Below, one piece after another: positions 40,143 to 49,218 of a stretch of 64,000 bases of DNA. Below the pieces are notes generated by a model. It did not search any database. It was not told where the DNA came from and saw only the letters and a program-made list of their open reading frames with translations. How positions within the stretch are numbered: the stretch's first letter is position 1; each line of letters starts with the position of its first letter. The DNA is from Acidimicrobiales bacterium (GTDB lineage: Bacteria; Actinomycetota; Acidimicrobiia; Acidimicrobiales; JAJPHD01): the NCBI GenBank assembly GCA_050744085.1, contig JBOGGU010000139.1:34809-98808 (forward strand), in the 5' to 3' direction. Position numbers and translations under genes: made by a program.

Positions 40143-40185
40143 CTGGTCGTGTTTGTGTACCTATCGCGACCACAAACACGACCAG
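40143..40185. terminator. Perfect 15-bp hairpin between the convergent helicase and ndh genes
   Basis: ctggtcgtgtttgtg-13 nt-cacaaacacgaccag. Confidence 0.7.
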
Positions 40186-40203
40186 ATGTGCAGAGGCAGG
40201 GGC

Positions 40204-41514
40204 TCACTCGCCGACTATGACCCTGGTGCCGCGGCTCCAGGACATGTAGCGCCATGCCCAGTTGAGCAGCACCGAGACCCTGTTGCGGAACCCGACCAGC
40301 GTGACCAGGTGCAGCGCCAGCCACGCCAGCCACGCAGGCGTCCCACGAAGCCGGATACGACCGGGGAGCTGGGCCACCGCCGCCCGGCGGCCAATCGTGG
40401 CCATGGTCCCCTTGTCGTGGTACCTGAAATCCTCGGTGGGCATGCCCTCCACCAGCCGGCGGATCTGGATCCCGGAGTGGCGACCCTGCTGGATCGCGGG
40501 CTGGGCCAACTGAGGCAGCAGGGAGCCGTCGTGTCCGGCAACCCCTGCCATGTCGCCGATGGCGAACACGTTGGCCTGGCCGGCTACCCGCAAGTCGGCG
40601 CCCACCGCTATCCGCCCACCGCGAACCTGTTCCAGCGGAAGGGTTGAGGCCAGGGTGCCCGAGCCAACCCCTGCCGCCCACACCACCAGCCCGCAGGAGA
40701 TAGCCTCGCCCGAGGCCAGGGTTACCTTGTCAGGGTCGATCGAGGCGACTGCCTCCGACAGCCGGACCTCGACACCCAGGCGCCTCAGCACCTTGGAGGC
40801 ATAGCTGCCCAGGCGGGGATGGAACGCCCCCAGCAACCGGTCGCCTTGCTCCACTAGCACCACCCTGGCCTGACGGGGCGCCAGGTCAGGGTACGCAGTG
40901 CCAAGCTCCATGGAGAACAGCTCGGCCAGCGTGCCGGACATCTCGATGCCTGTCGGCCCGCCGCCCACGACCACCACGGTCAGCCCACGCGCCGGGTTGG
41001 CGTCTCCCGCCGGGTCACCTCCAGCCAACGCGGCGGCGGCCGCCTGCTCCAGCTGGTCGAAGATCTGGGCCCTCACCGCCAGGGCGTCCTCCATGGTGTA
41101 GATGGCCCGGCTGTGCTCGACCGCACCAGGGATGCCGAAGTGGTTGGTGGCCGCGCCCGCAGCCAGGACCAGGTAGTCGTAACCGAGGGTGCCGCCGTCC
41201 TCGAAGCGCACCAGGCGCGCGTCGAAGTCCACTCCACACACCATCCCCCGGCGGAAGTCGGTGGCCGGATGGTGCCTGACGTAGGCCCGAACCGGATAGG
41301 CGATGTCGCCCGGGTTCAGGCCGGCGGTTGCCACCTGGTACAGCAGCGGCTGGAACGTATTGAAGTGGTGCTTGTCCACCAGCGTCACGCTCACCGCAGC
41401 CCTGGCCAGCTCGCTGGCCACGGCCAGCCCTCCGAAGCCGGCACCGACGACGACCACCCTCCGCCCCAAAGCCTCAGGGGGCTGCAGAGGTAGTACCGAT
41501 GAGACGCCCGTCAC
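40204..41514 (-). CDS. ndh: Type II NADH:quinone oxidoreductase
   Basis: Two dinucleotide folds (VVVVGAGFGGL and VVVVGGGPTGIE) and a C-terminal membrane-anchor helix. Confidence 0.88.
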   Translation of the reverse strand: MTGVSSVLPLQPPEALGRRVVVVGAGFGGLAVASELARAAVSVTLVDKHHFNTFQPLLYQVATAGLNPGDIAYPVRAYVRHHPATDFRRGMVCGVDFDARLVRFEDGGTLGYDYLVLAAGAATNHFGIPGAVEHSRAIYTMEDALAVRAQIFDQLEQAAAAALAGGDPAGDANPARGLTVVVVGGGPTGIEMSGTLAELFSMELGTAYPDLAPRQARVVLVEQGDRLLGAFHPRLGSYASKVLRRLGVEVRLSEAVASIDPDKVTLASGEAISCGLVVWAAGVGSGTLASTLPLEQVRGGRIAVGADLRVAGQANVFAIGDMAGVAGHDGSLLPQLAQPAIQQGRHSGIQIRRLVEGMPTEDFRYHDKGTMATIGRRAAVAQLPGRIRLRGTPAWLAWLALHLVTLVGFRNRVSVLLNWAWRYMSWSRGTRVIVGE

Positions 41515-41643
41515 GTCTTTCGAGGGTAGTAGCCAGAGCCCTCGCTGGCAGGCGTGTGCTTGCGCCCGGCGCCGGGTTCCGCCATACTAGTAGCACCGAT
41601 ACTACAAATCCTGGGGGTCCTTGTGTTGCGCTAAAGCCTGGCA

Positions 41644-42556
41644 GTGACGACCTCGGCCGTGGCAGCGGCCGTGGCAATGACAGGATTAGCCGCTGGCTGT
41701 GGCTCCTCCCCGAAGTCGGCGTCTCCGACTTACTGCCCCAATGGCCGGTACTGTGCGGATGGGCGTGCAGCCGTTCGTGACCGCGACCAAGATCATCCCG
41801 GCTTACAACGACCTGGCCAAGGCCATCTCGGCCAACCTGGGCTGCCGAGTGACGGTGACGATCACCAGCGACTACGCCGCTGAGACCGAGGCAATTCGGG
41901 CAGGAAAGCTGGAGTTCGCCGAGTTCCCTCCTTTCGGCTTCGTGCTGGCTCAGAAACAAGCTGACCTGGTGCCGCTGGTGACCGCTGGAACCGCCAGTGG
42001 CAAGATCGCCTACGCGGTGGGCGGCCTGGCGGTCCTTTCGTCGTCGCCCTATCACAACCTCTCCCAGCTCCGGGGCCAGTCGGTCGCCTTCAGCGCCCCG
42101 ACAGCGACCTCCGGTCACCTGTTGCCCGCCTACGGGCTGTACCTCGCGGGGGTCAACCCGAACACTGGGATCAAGGCGGTCTACCTGGGCACCCACACCG
42201 CAACCTACGAGGCACTGCTCACTGGCAGGGTGGCTGCGGCCGAGCTGAACTCTGTGGAGATCGCATTGGCCGCAGCTGCGGGGAAGTACGACCCGTCGAA
42301 GATCCGGATGCTCTACACCTCGGCGCCCTCGCCCGCCGACCCCATCGTGGTCCGGGGCGACTTGCCGAAGTCCTTCCAGCGGCGTCTGAAGAAGGCCCTC
42401 CTGGCAGTTGACTTCGCCAAGCTTGCCCCGGCTACCCAGAAGTTCTTCACCAAGACGCTTCACCAGACCAGCTACGTGCCGGTCACCAACACCACCTATG
42501 ACGGCGTGCGCAAGATCGCCGCCGCGTTGCACGTCACCGCGGCAAACGCAGGTTGA
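41644..42556 (+). pseudogene. phnD: Phosphonate/phosphite ABC substrate-binding lipoprotein PhnD-like, frameshifted between signal peptide and mature domain
   Basis: The signal peptide and lipobox (MTTSAVAAAVAMTGLAAGCGSS) are in one frame. The PhnD-like body (GTVRMGVQPFVTATKIIPAYNDL ...) is in the next frame. The shift lies between about 41700 and 41740. Confidence 0.7.
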
Positions 42557-42967
42557 GCGACCTGGCGCTGCAGGTGGGGGGCCTGGTCAAGCGCTACCCG
42601 AGCGGGGTCCTGGCACTGGACGGCATCAGCCTGAGTGTAGACCCGGGCGAGCTGGTCGCGATACTTGGCCCCAATGGCAGCGGAAGTCCACCCTGCTGCG
42701 CTGCATTGCCCGACTGATCGAGGTCACTGAGGGGACCGTCAGGGTCGCTGGGCAGGACCTGGCAAAGCTGTCCGGCGCCGAGTTGCGCCGGGCGCGCCGA
42801 TCTATCGCGATGATCTTCCAGCGGCCCTGCCTGGTCCGGCGGCGCTCGGCCTTGGACAACGTGACGGCCGGGGCGCTGGGCTATCATCCCGAGCCTGCGA
42901 CCGGCCTGGGCCACCTTCCGAGGACCGAGCGCCGGCCGCCTACGCCGCCCTGCAGACTCTCGACATC
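42553..42967 (+). pseudogene. phnC: Phosphonate ABC ATPase PhnC-like remnant (1-nt deletion in the P-loop, second frameshift, 3' half deleted)
   Basis: TTGA overlap with phnD. LVKRYPSGVLALDGISLSVDPGELVAILGPNGSG is in frame 1 and then KSTLLRCIARLIE in another frame (ggaag where gga-aag is expected, about 42684). No signature motif or Walker B follows. The junction coordinate is approximate. Confidence 0.65.
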
Positions 42968-43525
42968 GCCCTGGTCGCCACCCTGGCTTCGGTGGTGATC
43001 TCGATCCCACTGTCCATGCTGGCCACCCCCAGGGTGGCCGGCGGAACATACCTCTACCTGCCGGTGCGGGCAGCGGCCACCTTCCTGCGTGCAATCCCCG
43101 ACCTGGTCTGGGCGCTGTTCTTCGTGGTTGCCGTCGGGCTCGGCCCCTTCGCCGGGGTGCTTGCCCTGACCGTGCACTCCGTCGGGATGCTCGTTCGGCT
43201 GTTCGCCGAGACCATAGAGGAGATGGATACTGGCCCGGTGGAGGCGCTGGTCACGACCGGCGCCAACCGGTCCCAGGTGTTCAGCCACGCTGTCCTGCCG
43301 GAGCTGTTGCCCACCCTGGGCGCCTTGTCGCTGTACCGGATGGAGCAGAACCTGCGCGCCTCGCTGGTGTTGGGTTTCGTGTGCGGCGGCGGCATCGGCT
43401 TCCAGATCCTCACCGCGATGGACGAGTTCCAGTTCCGCCAAGTCACGATGCTGCTGCTGGTCCTACTGGTGCTGGTGGCGGTGGTGGAGCTTGGCTCCGC
43501 GGCCTTCCGCCGAGAGATCCGCTAG
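42968..43525 (+). pseudogene. phnE: Phosphonate ABC permease PhnE-like, 5'-truncated and fused to the phnC remnant
   Basis: Only about 185 aa of permease remain (LVATLASVVISIPLSMLA ... EAA-like loop VEALVTTGANRSQVFSHAVLPE). There is no independent start with an RBS. Confidence 0.55.
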
Positions 43526-43812
43526 ATGAACCAGAAAATGCCAAAGCTGAACAGGCCCCAGACAAAGTAGAGTACCAGCCCGATGATGCCGAGCACGAGG
43601 CCGGCCACTGCCCTGCCATGGCCCACCCTCACCTGCTTGGAGCGGGCGAGGCCGACTCCTCCGAACGCGATGGCAAGGATCGCCAAGGCAAGCGTGATCA
43701 GCCCGCCCCATTCGATCACGACCGCCAGGATGCCGAGGACCATCCCTGCCGTGGCTTGGCCATTTGAGACGACCGGTCCGTACTGCTGGGATTGCGGAAC
43801 ATTGGTTGCCAT
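43522..43812 (-). CDS. DUF4190-like small membrane protein
   Basis: A Gln/Pro-rich N-terminus followed by two long hydrophobic helices (GMVLGILAVV... and AGLVLGIIGLVLYFVW). Confidence 0.6.
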   Translation of the reverse strand: MATNVPQSQQYGPVVSNGQATAGMVLGILAVVIEWGGLITLALAILAIAFGGVGLARSKQVRVGHGRAVAGLVLGIIGLVLYFVWGLFSFGIFWFI

Positions 43813-43895
43813 CGTATGATCATACATCACCCCCCATCTGCCTGGGGGCTGGCACCACTCGGCAAGATCGGGCAGAAGCCGTCTATCCTCGCGTT

Positions 43896-45059
43896 ATGGC
43901 TGAGGTGGAGATCGGGATCGGCAAGTCAGGTCGTCGGGCTTACGGGTTCGACGACATCGCGATAGTGCCGTCTCGCCGCACCAGGGACCCCGAGGACGTG
44001 GACATCTCCTGGGAGATCGACGCCTTCCGCTTCGAGCTGCCCCTGATGGCGGCGGCCATGGACGGGGTGGTGAGCCCGGCGACTGCCATCGAGGTGGGCC
44101 GGCTCGGCGGGGTGGGGGTGCTCAATCTGGAGGGCCTATGGACCCGGTACGAGGACCCGACCTCGGTGCTGGAGGAGATCGCTTCGCTGACCGGGGACAA
44201 GGTCACCGCCCGGATGCAGCAGCTCTATGCCGAACCTGTCAAGGCCGAGCTGGTCACCACCCGGATAGCGGAGATCAAGGCCGCCGGGGTTATCTCGGCC
44301 GCCGCGGTCACGCCCCAGCGGACCAGGGAGTTGCTGGGCCCCATACTGGCCGCCGAGCTGGACTTGCTGGTGATCCAAGGCACGGTCGTGTCGGCCGAGC
44401 ACGTGTCTCGCAGTGTCGAGCCGCTCAACCTAAAGCGTTTCATCCGCGAGCTGGACCTGCCGGTGATCGTGGGGGGCTGCGCCTCCTACCAGGCGGCGCT
44501 GCACCTCATGCGCACCGGCGCGGCGGGCATCCTGATCGGGGTGGGCCCTGGCAACGCCTGCACCAGCCGGGGGGTGCTCGGAGTCGGCGTCCCCCAAGCC
44601 ACCGCCATCGCCGACGGGGCCGGCGCTCGGATCCGTCACCTCGACGAGACCGGCGTCTACTGCCACGTCATCGCGGACGGGGGCATGAGCCGCGGTGGTG
44701 ACGTGTGCAAGGCCATCGCCTGCGGGGCCGACGCGGTGATGCTCGGGTCCCCCCTGGCCGCGGCAACCGAGGCGCCGGGACGGGGGTATCACTGGGGTAT
44801 GGCTACCTTCCACCCGACACTTCCCCGCGGCGCCCGCATCCGAACCGAGGCTCGCGGCAGCTTGGCCGAGGTGCTGGTGGGGCCGGCGCACGAGAACGAC
44901 GGGCGCATGAACCTGTTCGGGGCCCTCCGCACTTCGATGGCCACATGCGGCTACGCCACTGTGAAAGAGTTCCAGAAGGCCGAGGTGATGGTGGCGCCCG
45001 CCCTGATGAGCGAAGGCAAGGCGGCCCAGCGTGCCCAGCGGGTGGGCATGGGGGCTTAG
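43896..45059 (+). CDS. guaB3: GuaB3-family IMP-dehydrogenase-related protein
   Basis: [21 protein letters not shown] and a TIM-barrel IMPDH-like core without a CBS insert. About 387 aa. Confidence 0.88.
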   Translation: MAEVEIGIGKSGRRAYGFDDIAIVPSRRTRDPEDVDISWEIDAFRFELPLMAAAMDGVVSPATAIEVGRLGGVGVLNLEGLWTRYEDPTSVLEEIASLTGDKVTARMQQLYAEPVKAELVTTRIAEIKAAGVISAAAVTPQRTRELLGPILAAELDLLVIQGTVVSAEHVSRSVEPLNLKRFIRELDLPVIVGGCASYQAALHLMRTGAAGILIGVGPGNACTSRGVLGVGVPQATAIADGAGARIRHLDETGVYCHVIADGGMSRGGDVCKAIACGADAVMLGSPLAAATEAPGRGYHWGMATFHPTLPRGARIRTEARGSLAEVLVGPAHENDGRMNLFGALRTSMATCGYATVKEFQKAEVMVAPALMSEGKAAQRAQRVGMGA

Positions 45060-45083
45060 GCCGGTCAGGGATAGGCTGACGCT

Positions 45084-45656
45084 GTGCTCGAACAGGACCG
45101 GCGATACCGCTTCAGCGTGAAGGAGTGGCACCTGATCGGCGACACCGGGGTCTTTCTCGGGGGTCCGCGCTTGGAGCTGATCGACGGGGAGGCGTACGAG
45201 AAGATGACACCAGGTCCGCCGCACCTCGGTTGTGTCAACCGGTTGACTCGTCTGCTGGTCCCGGCCGTCGGGCGCCGTGCATTGGTATCGGTCCAGAACC
45301 CGGTCCGACTCGACGACTACTCGGAGCCAGAGCCCGATGTCGCGCTCCTGCACCCCCGTGCCGACGACTACTCGGGCGCCACGCCCACGGGCAACGACGT
45401 GTACCTGCTGATCGAGGTCTCGGACAGCTCACTGCGCTTCGACGTGGACTTCAAATCCCAGCGCTACGCCAAGGCGGGTGTGCCGGCACTCTGGGTGATC
45501 GACCTGACCGGGGACGAGATCCTGGTTATGACTGGCCCGGGCCCGATGGGGTTCGCGACCGCTCACCACGCTCGCAGGGGCGAGACCCTGGCGGTGGACG
45601 ACCTGCCTGGCGCGGGATTCAGCGTGGATGAGCTACTGGGGCCTGAACGCCGATGA
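45084..45656 (+). CDS. Uma2 (DUF820) family endonuclease-like protein
   Basis: [17 protein letters not shown] and LLIEVSDSS...D...K...[13 protein letters not shown]. It is a close paralog of 31490..32062. Confidence 0.8.
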   Translation: MLEQDRRYRFSVKEWHLIGDTGVFLGGPRLELIDGEAYEKMTPGPPHLGCVNRLTRLLVPAVGRRALVSVQNPVRLDDYSEPEPDVALLHPRADDYSGATPTGNDVYLLIEVSDSSLRFDVDFKSQRYAKAGVPALWVIDLTGDEILVMTGPGPMGFATAHHARRGETLAVDDLPGAGFSVDELLGPERR

Positions 45657-45859
45657 CGCTCGACCAGGCCCCGGCTCGATACTCGTTCAGCGTGGAGGAG
45701 TGGCGTCGCATGGTCGAGGCGGGGTTGTTCCAGCCCGAGTCGCACGTCGAGCTGATCGACGGGGAGGTCTTCCGGATCGCAGCGATGGGGCATCCGCTCG
45801 AGGTCCAGCAGCTTCCGGGGGTCGCGCTGAATCTCGAGGCGCTGCTCGGCCCGGGCTGA
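45653..45859 (+). pseudogene. Internally deleted Uma2 paralog (68 aa: N- and C-termini only)
   Basis: By manual alignment, about 37 of its 47 N-terminal residues are identical to the 31490..32062 protein. It then jumps directly to the C-terminal [15 protein letters not shown]. The catalytic core is absent. ATGA overlap with the preceding Uma2 gene. Confidence 0.6.
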
Positions 45860-45936
45860 GTCAGCCCACCGACTGGAGTGGGTCGCGGTGGTGGGCGGAG
45901 CTGAGCAAAATTCCTCCGATGCTCTATCCTCGGAGG

Positions 45937-47502
45937 ATGACCATCGATGGGATGAGCATCGGTGACGAGGTGGTGCTGGTGGTCGACTTCGGCGCCCAGT
46001 ACGCCCAGCTCATCGCCAGGCGGGTTCGCGAGGCCCACGTGTTCTCCGAGATCGTGCCCCACACGGTTTCGGCTGCCGATGTCGCGGCGCGCCGCCCGGC
46101 CGGGGTGATCCTGTCCGGGGGGCCCCGCTCGGTCCACGTCGCCGGCGCCCCAGGCCTCGACCCGGCGATCCTCGGGTTGGGGGTCCCAGTGCTTGGTATC
46201 TGCTACGGGGCTCAGCTGCTCGCCCGGGACCTCGGGGGCACGGTAGCCCGCACCGGGAGGGGCGAGTTCGGCCGCACCAAGGTGACAGTCCTCGAGCCGT
46301 CGTCCTCCCTGTTCAGGGGTTGGGGTCCAGCTGGTGGTCCGGCTGAGGTGTGGATGAGCCATGCAGACGCCATCACCGTCGCCCCGAGGGGCTTCGAGGT
46401 GACTGCCTCTGCCCCGGATTCCCCTGTCGCGGCCATGGAAGACCCGAGCCGGCGGATCTATGGGGTGCAGTTCCACCCCGAGGTAGCGCACACCTTCGGC
46501 GGCCAGGCGATCATCGAGCGCTTCGTCCACGACATCTGTGGCTGCTCCGGCGCGTGGACCCCCGCCTCGATTGTGTCGGCCTCGGTGGACGCCGTGTCCC
46601 GCGCCGTGGGGGGGGACCGGGTGCTGTGCGCCCTGTCCGGCGGGGTGGACTCAGCCGTTGCGGCTGCCCTGGCTCATCGGGCCGTCGGTGACCAGCTGAC
46701 TTGTGTGTTCGTGGACACAGGCCTCATGCGAGAGGGGGAGGCCGAGCAGGTGGAGGCTACCTTTGGGGGGGAGCTGGGGATGTCGCTGGTGCATGTGAGG
46801 GCGGCGGACCGCTTCTTCGAAGCCCTCGCCGGCGTGTCCGATCCCGAGGCCAAGCGCAAAGCCATCGGCGAGGCGTTCATCCGGGTCTTCGAGGAGGTCG
46901 CGGGGGGCCTCAGGGACGCCCGCTGGTTGGTCCAGGGCACCTTGTACCCAGACGTGATCGAGTCCGGGACCGCCGACGCAGCCAGGATCAAGTCGCACCA
47001 CAACGTCGGCGGCCTTCCGGTGGACATGAACCTGGGCCTGGTCGAGCCGCTCCGGGCCCTGTTCAAGGACGAGGTTCGCACCGTCGGCACGGAGCTGGGA
47101 CTGCCTGACGAGGTCGTGTGGCGCCAGCCGTTCCCCGGGCCGGGGCTTGCCGTGCGCGTCGTGGGCGAGGTGACCCGCGAGAGGGTGGCTATCGTGCGCG
47201 CAGCCGATGCCATAGTCACCGAGGAGGTCCGTCGGGCCGCATTGGACCGGGAGCTGTGGCAGGCTTTTGCAGTGCTGCCGGTGGTGCGGACAGTGGGCGT
47301 GATGGGCGACGAGCGGACCTATGCCTACCCGGTGGTGATCCGGGCGGTCACCAGCGACGACGCCATGACTGCGGATTGGGCCAGGCTTCCCTACGAGCTG
47401 TGCGAGCGCCTCGCCACGCGTATCGTGAACGAGGTGCCCGGGGTGAACCGGGTGGCCCTGGACATCACCTCCAAGCCTCCGGGTACCATCGAGTGGGAAT
47501 GA
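45937..47502 (+). CDS. guaA: GMP synthase (glutamine-hydrolysing)
   Basis: [18 protein letters not shown] (GATase), SGGVDS PP-loop and a C-terminal KPPGTIEWE. The start is either 45937 or 45952. Confidence 0.93.
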   Translation: MTIDGMSIGDEVVLVVDFGAQYAQLIARRVREAHVFSEIVPHTVSAADVAARRPAGVILSGGPRSVHVAGAPGLDPAILGLGVPVLGICYGAQLLARDLGGTVARTGRGEFGRTKVTVLEPSSSLFRGWGPAGGPAEVWMSHADAITVAPRGFEVTASAPDSPVAAMEDPSRRIYGVQFHPEVAHTFGGQAIIERFVHDICGCSGAWTPASIVSASVDAVSRAVGGDRVLCALSGGVDSAVAAALAHRAVGDQLTCVFVDTGLMREGEAEQVEATFGGELGMSLVHVRAADRFFEALAGVSDPEAKRKAIGEAFIRVFEEVAGGLRDARWLVQGTLYPDVIESGTADAARIKSHHNVGGLPVDMNLGLVEPLRALFKDEVRTVGTELGLPDEVVWRQPFPGPGLAVRVVGEVTRERVAIVRAADAIVTEEVRRAALDRELWQAFAVLPVVRTVGVMGDERTYAYPVVIRAVTSDDAMTADWARLPYELCERLATRIVNEVPGVNRVALDITSKPPGTIEWE

Positions 47503-48296
47503 CCACCTGGCCCGGCCCCCGCCCGGCCACCCCGGCGATGAGCGAACCGGAGCCGCCTTCGGGCGGAGGCGGCACCTGGGAGGGCTTCGGGCCGGCGGCC
47601 TGGGGACCGCTCGGAGACGACCCGGCTGGCTGGGGAATGCCAGGCCTGGGCCCGAGCCCGGCCGGGCCCGGCGTCGGGGGCGGGGACGACGGCCTGGAGC
47701 TGTCGGGCAAGCTATTGGTTGCTGCTCCTCGCATGGTCGATCCCAACTTTGCCCGCACCGTGATCCTGGTGCTCCACCACGACATAGGGGGCAGCCTGGG
47801 CCTGGTCCTCAACCGTGGCAGCCAGCTGGCCCTGGACGAGCCGCTGGCCCAGTGGTCCCACCTGGCCCCGGAACCCAAGGTGGTGTTCGTGGGCGGGCCG
47901 GTGGCGTCTGCCGCCGCCATCTGCCTGGCCCGGCTTCGTGGACCGGCTGAAAGCGGGACCGGGGCCGCGGATGGGGGGATCATGGACCTGGCGTTCGAGC
48001 GGCCCCAGGGCTGGCGAGCGGTGTGGGGTCGGGTGGGGACCCTGGACCTGAACGGGGACCCGGCGGCGGCGGCGGCGCTGTCGGTCGAGGCCATCCGGGT
48101 GTTCGCCGGCTATGCCGGTTGGGGGCCGGGCCAGCTGCCCACCGAGCTTGGGTTCGGGGGTTGGATGGTGGTGGAGCCTGCCGAGGGCGACGCATTCGCC
48201 GCCGAGCCCGAGGGCCTGTGGAAGGCGGTCCTGCGCCGCCAATCGGCCCCGGTGGCCATGCTGGCCTCCTACCCCGAGGACCCCTCGGCCAACTGA
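47499..48296 (+). CDS. YqgE/AlgH-family (UPF0301) protein with a Gly/Pro-rich N-terminal extension
   Basis: ATGA overlap with gua[36 protein letters not shown]. Confidence 0.75.
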   Translation: MTTWPGPRPATPAMSEPEPPSGGGGTWEGFGPAAWGPLGDDPAGWGMPGLGPSPAGPGVGGGDDGLELSGKLLVAAPRMVDPNFARTVILVLHHDIGGSLGLVLNRGSQLALDEPLAQWSHLAPEPKVVFVGGPVASAAAICLARLRGPAESGTGAADGGIMDLAFERPQGWRAVWGRVGTLDLNGDPAAAAALSVEAIRVFAGYAGWGPGQLPTELGFGGWMVVEPAEGDAFAAEPEGLWKAVLRRQSAPVAMLASYPEDPSAN

Positions 48297-48305
48297 GCCC
48301 GAGCC

Positions 48306-49139
48306 CTACGGCCGCTCGATGACCTCGATGTCGTGGCGGTCGCCGCTGGGGCCGTACAGCCCGATCCCCAGGGCGCGGGCTTCGTCCAGGGCGTCCACGT
48401 ATATGACCTCACCGTAGGCGAAGGCCTGGTACGGTGGGTGATAGCCGCGCTCGCCAAGGCGCTCCCGGGTGGTCGAGGCCGCCACCCGCCGGCGGTGCTT
48501 GCGCACGTCCCCCCCGCGCAGGCGAAACTTGGCCTCTACCACCACCGTGGCCGTCCTGCCGTCGGCGAGGGTGACGGATGCGACGGTGTCCAGCTCGCCA
48601 TCCCCGTCCAGCTCGATCGAGATTGGCTTGGAGGCCAGCTCGAAGCCCCTGTCCCTGGCCAGGGCCGTGAGTGAGATCTCGGCAGCGACCTCGATGGCGA
48701 TGCCCACCAGGTTCCACATCTGGTCGATGCGGCCCTCTGTCCTTCGCTGGGATGCCCTGATCGCCTCCAACTCCATGCTGAGACGGCCGTCGAGCTCGAC
48801 GACCTGCGCTCCGAACCGGTCCATGCGGTCGCTCAGCCGGTCCATGCGCTGGACGAGCTGGGTCACGACTTCGGTGAGCTGGTCCATCCGCTCGGTGAGC
48901 TGGTCCATCCGCTCGGTGAGCCTGGCGTCTATCTCGGCGACCCGCTCGGTGAGCCGGTCCACGCGCTCAGGTAGCTCCAGGAGCTCCTCGGTAAGGATCG
49001 CCCGTCGGACCTCGGCACGAATCTCGGGGTCGGCGGCTACCAGCCTCAGGAGCCTCCGAACCTCGTCTGGTGTCGCAACACCGGTGGTGGTCTTGATCAC
49101 CTCTCTCTCGATCAACTGACGTTCATTACATTCTAGCAC
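48306..49139 (-). CDS. Coiled-coil protein with a C-terminal PD-(D/E)xK-like (restriction-endonuclease-fold) module
   Basis: The N-terminal half has heptad-like repeats (LTERMDQLTERMDQLTE, encoded by a 21-nt tandem repeat at 48872-48920). The C-terminal half has ELDGDGELD ... VVVEAKFRL (a D ... E-x-K pattern). The 5' end is AT-richer. Confidence 0.45.
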   Translation of the reverse strand: MLECNERQLIEREVIKTTTGVATPDEVRRLLRLVAADPEIRAEVRRAILTEELLELPERVDRLTERVAEIDARLTERMDQLTERMDQLTEVVTQLVQRMDRLSDRMDRFGAQVVELDGRLSMELEAIRASQRRTEGRIDQMWNLVGIAIEVAAEISLTALARDRGFELASKPISIELDGDGELDTVASVTLADGRTATVVVEAKFRLRGGDVRKHRRRVAASTTRERLGERGYHPPYQAFAYGEVIYVDALDEARALGIGLYGPSGDRHDIEVIERP

Positions 49140-49218
49140 ATCTCACGGGAGGGCGACCGGCTTGTGAGTGGGCGCGGCGGCGGATAACCACCGGCTCCAA
49201 TTCCTAAAAGATGCCGGC

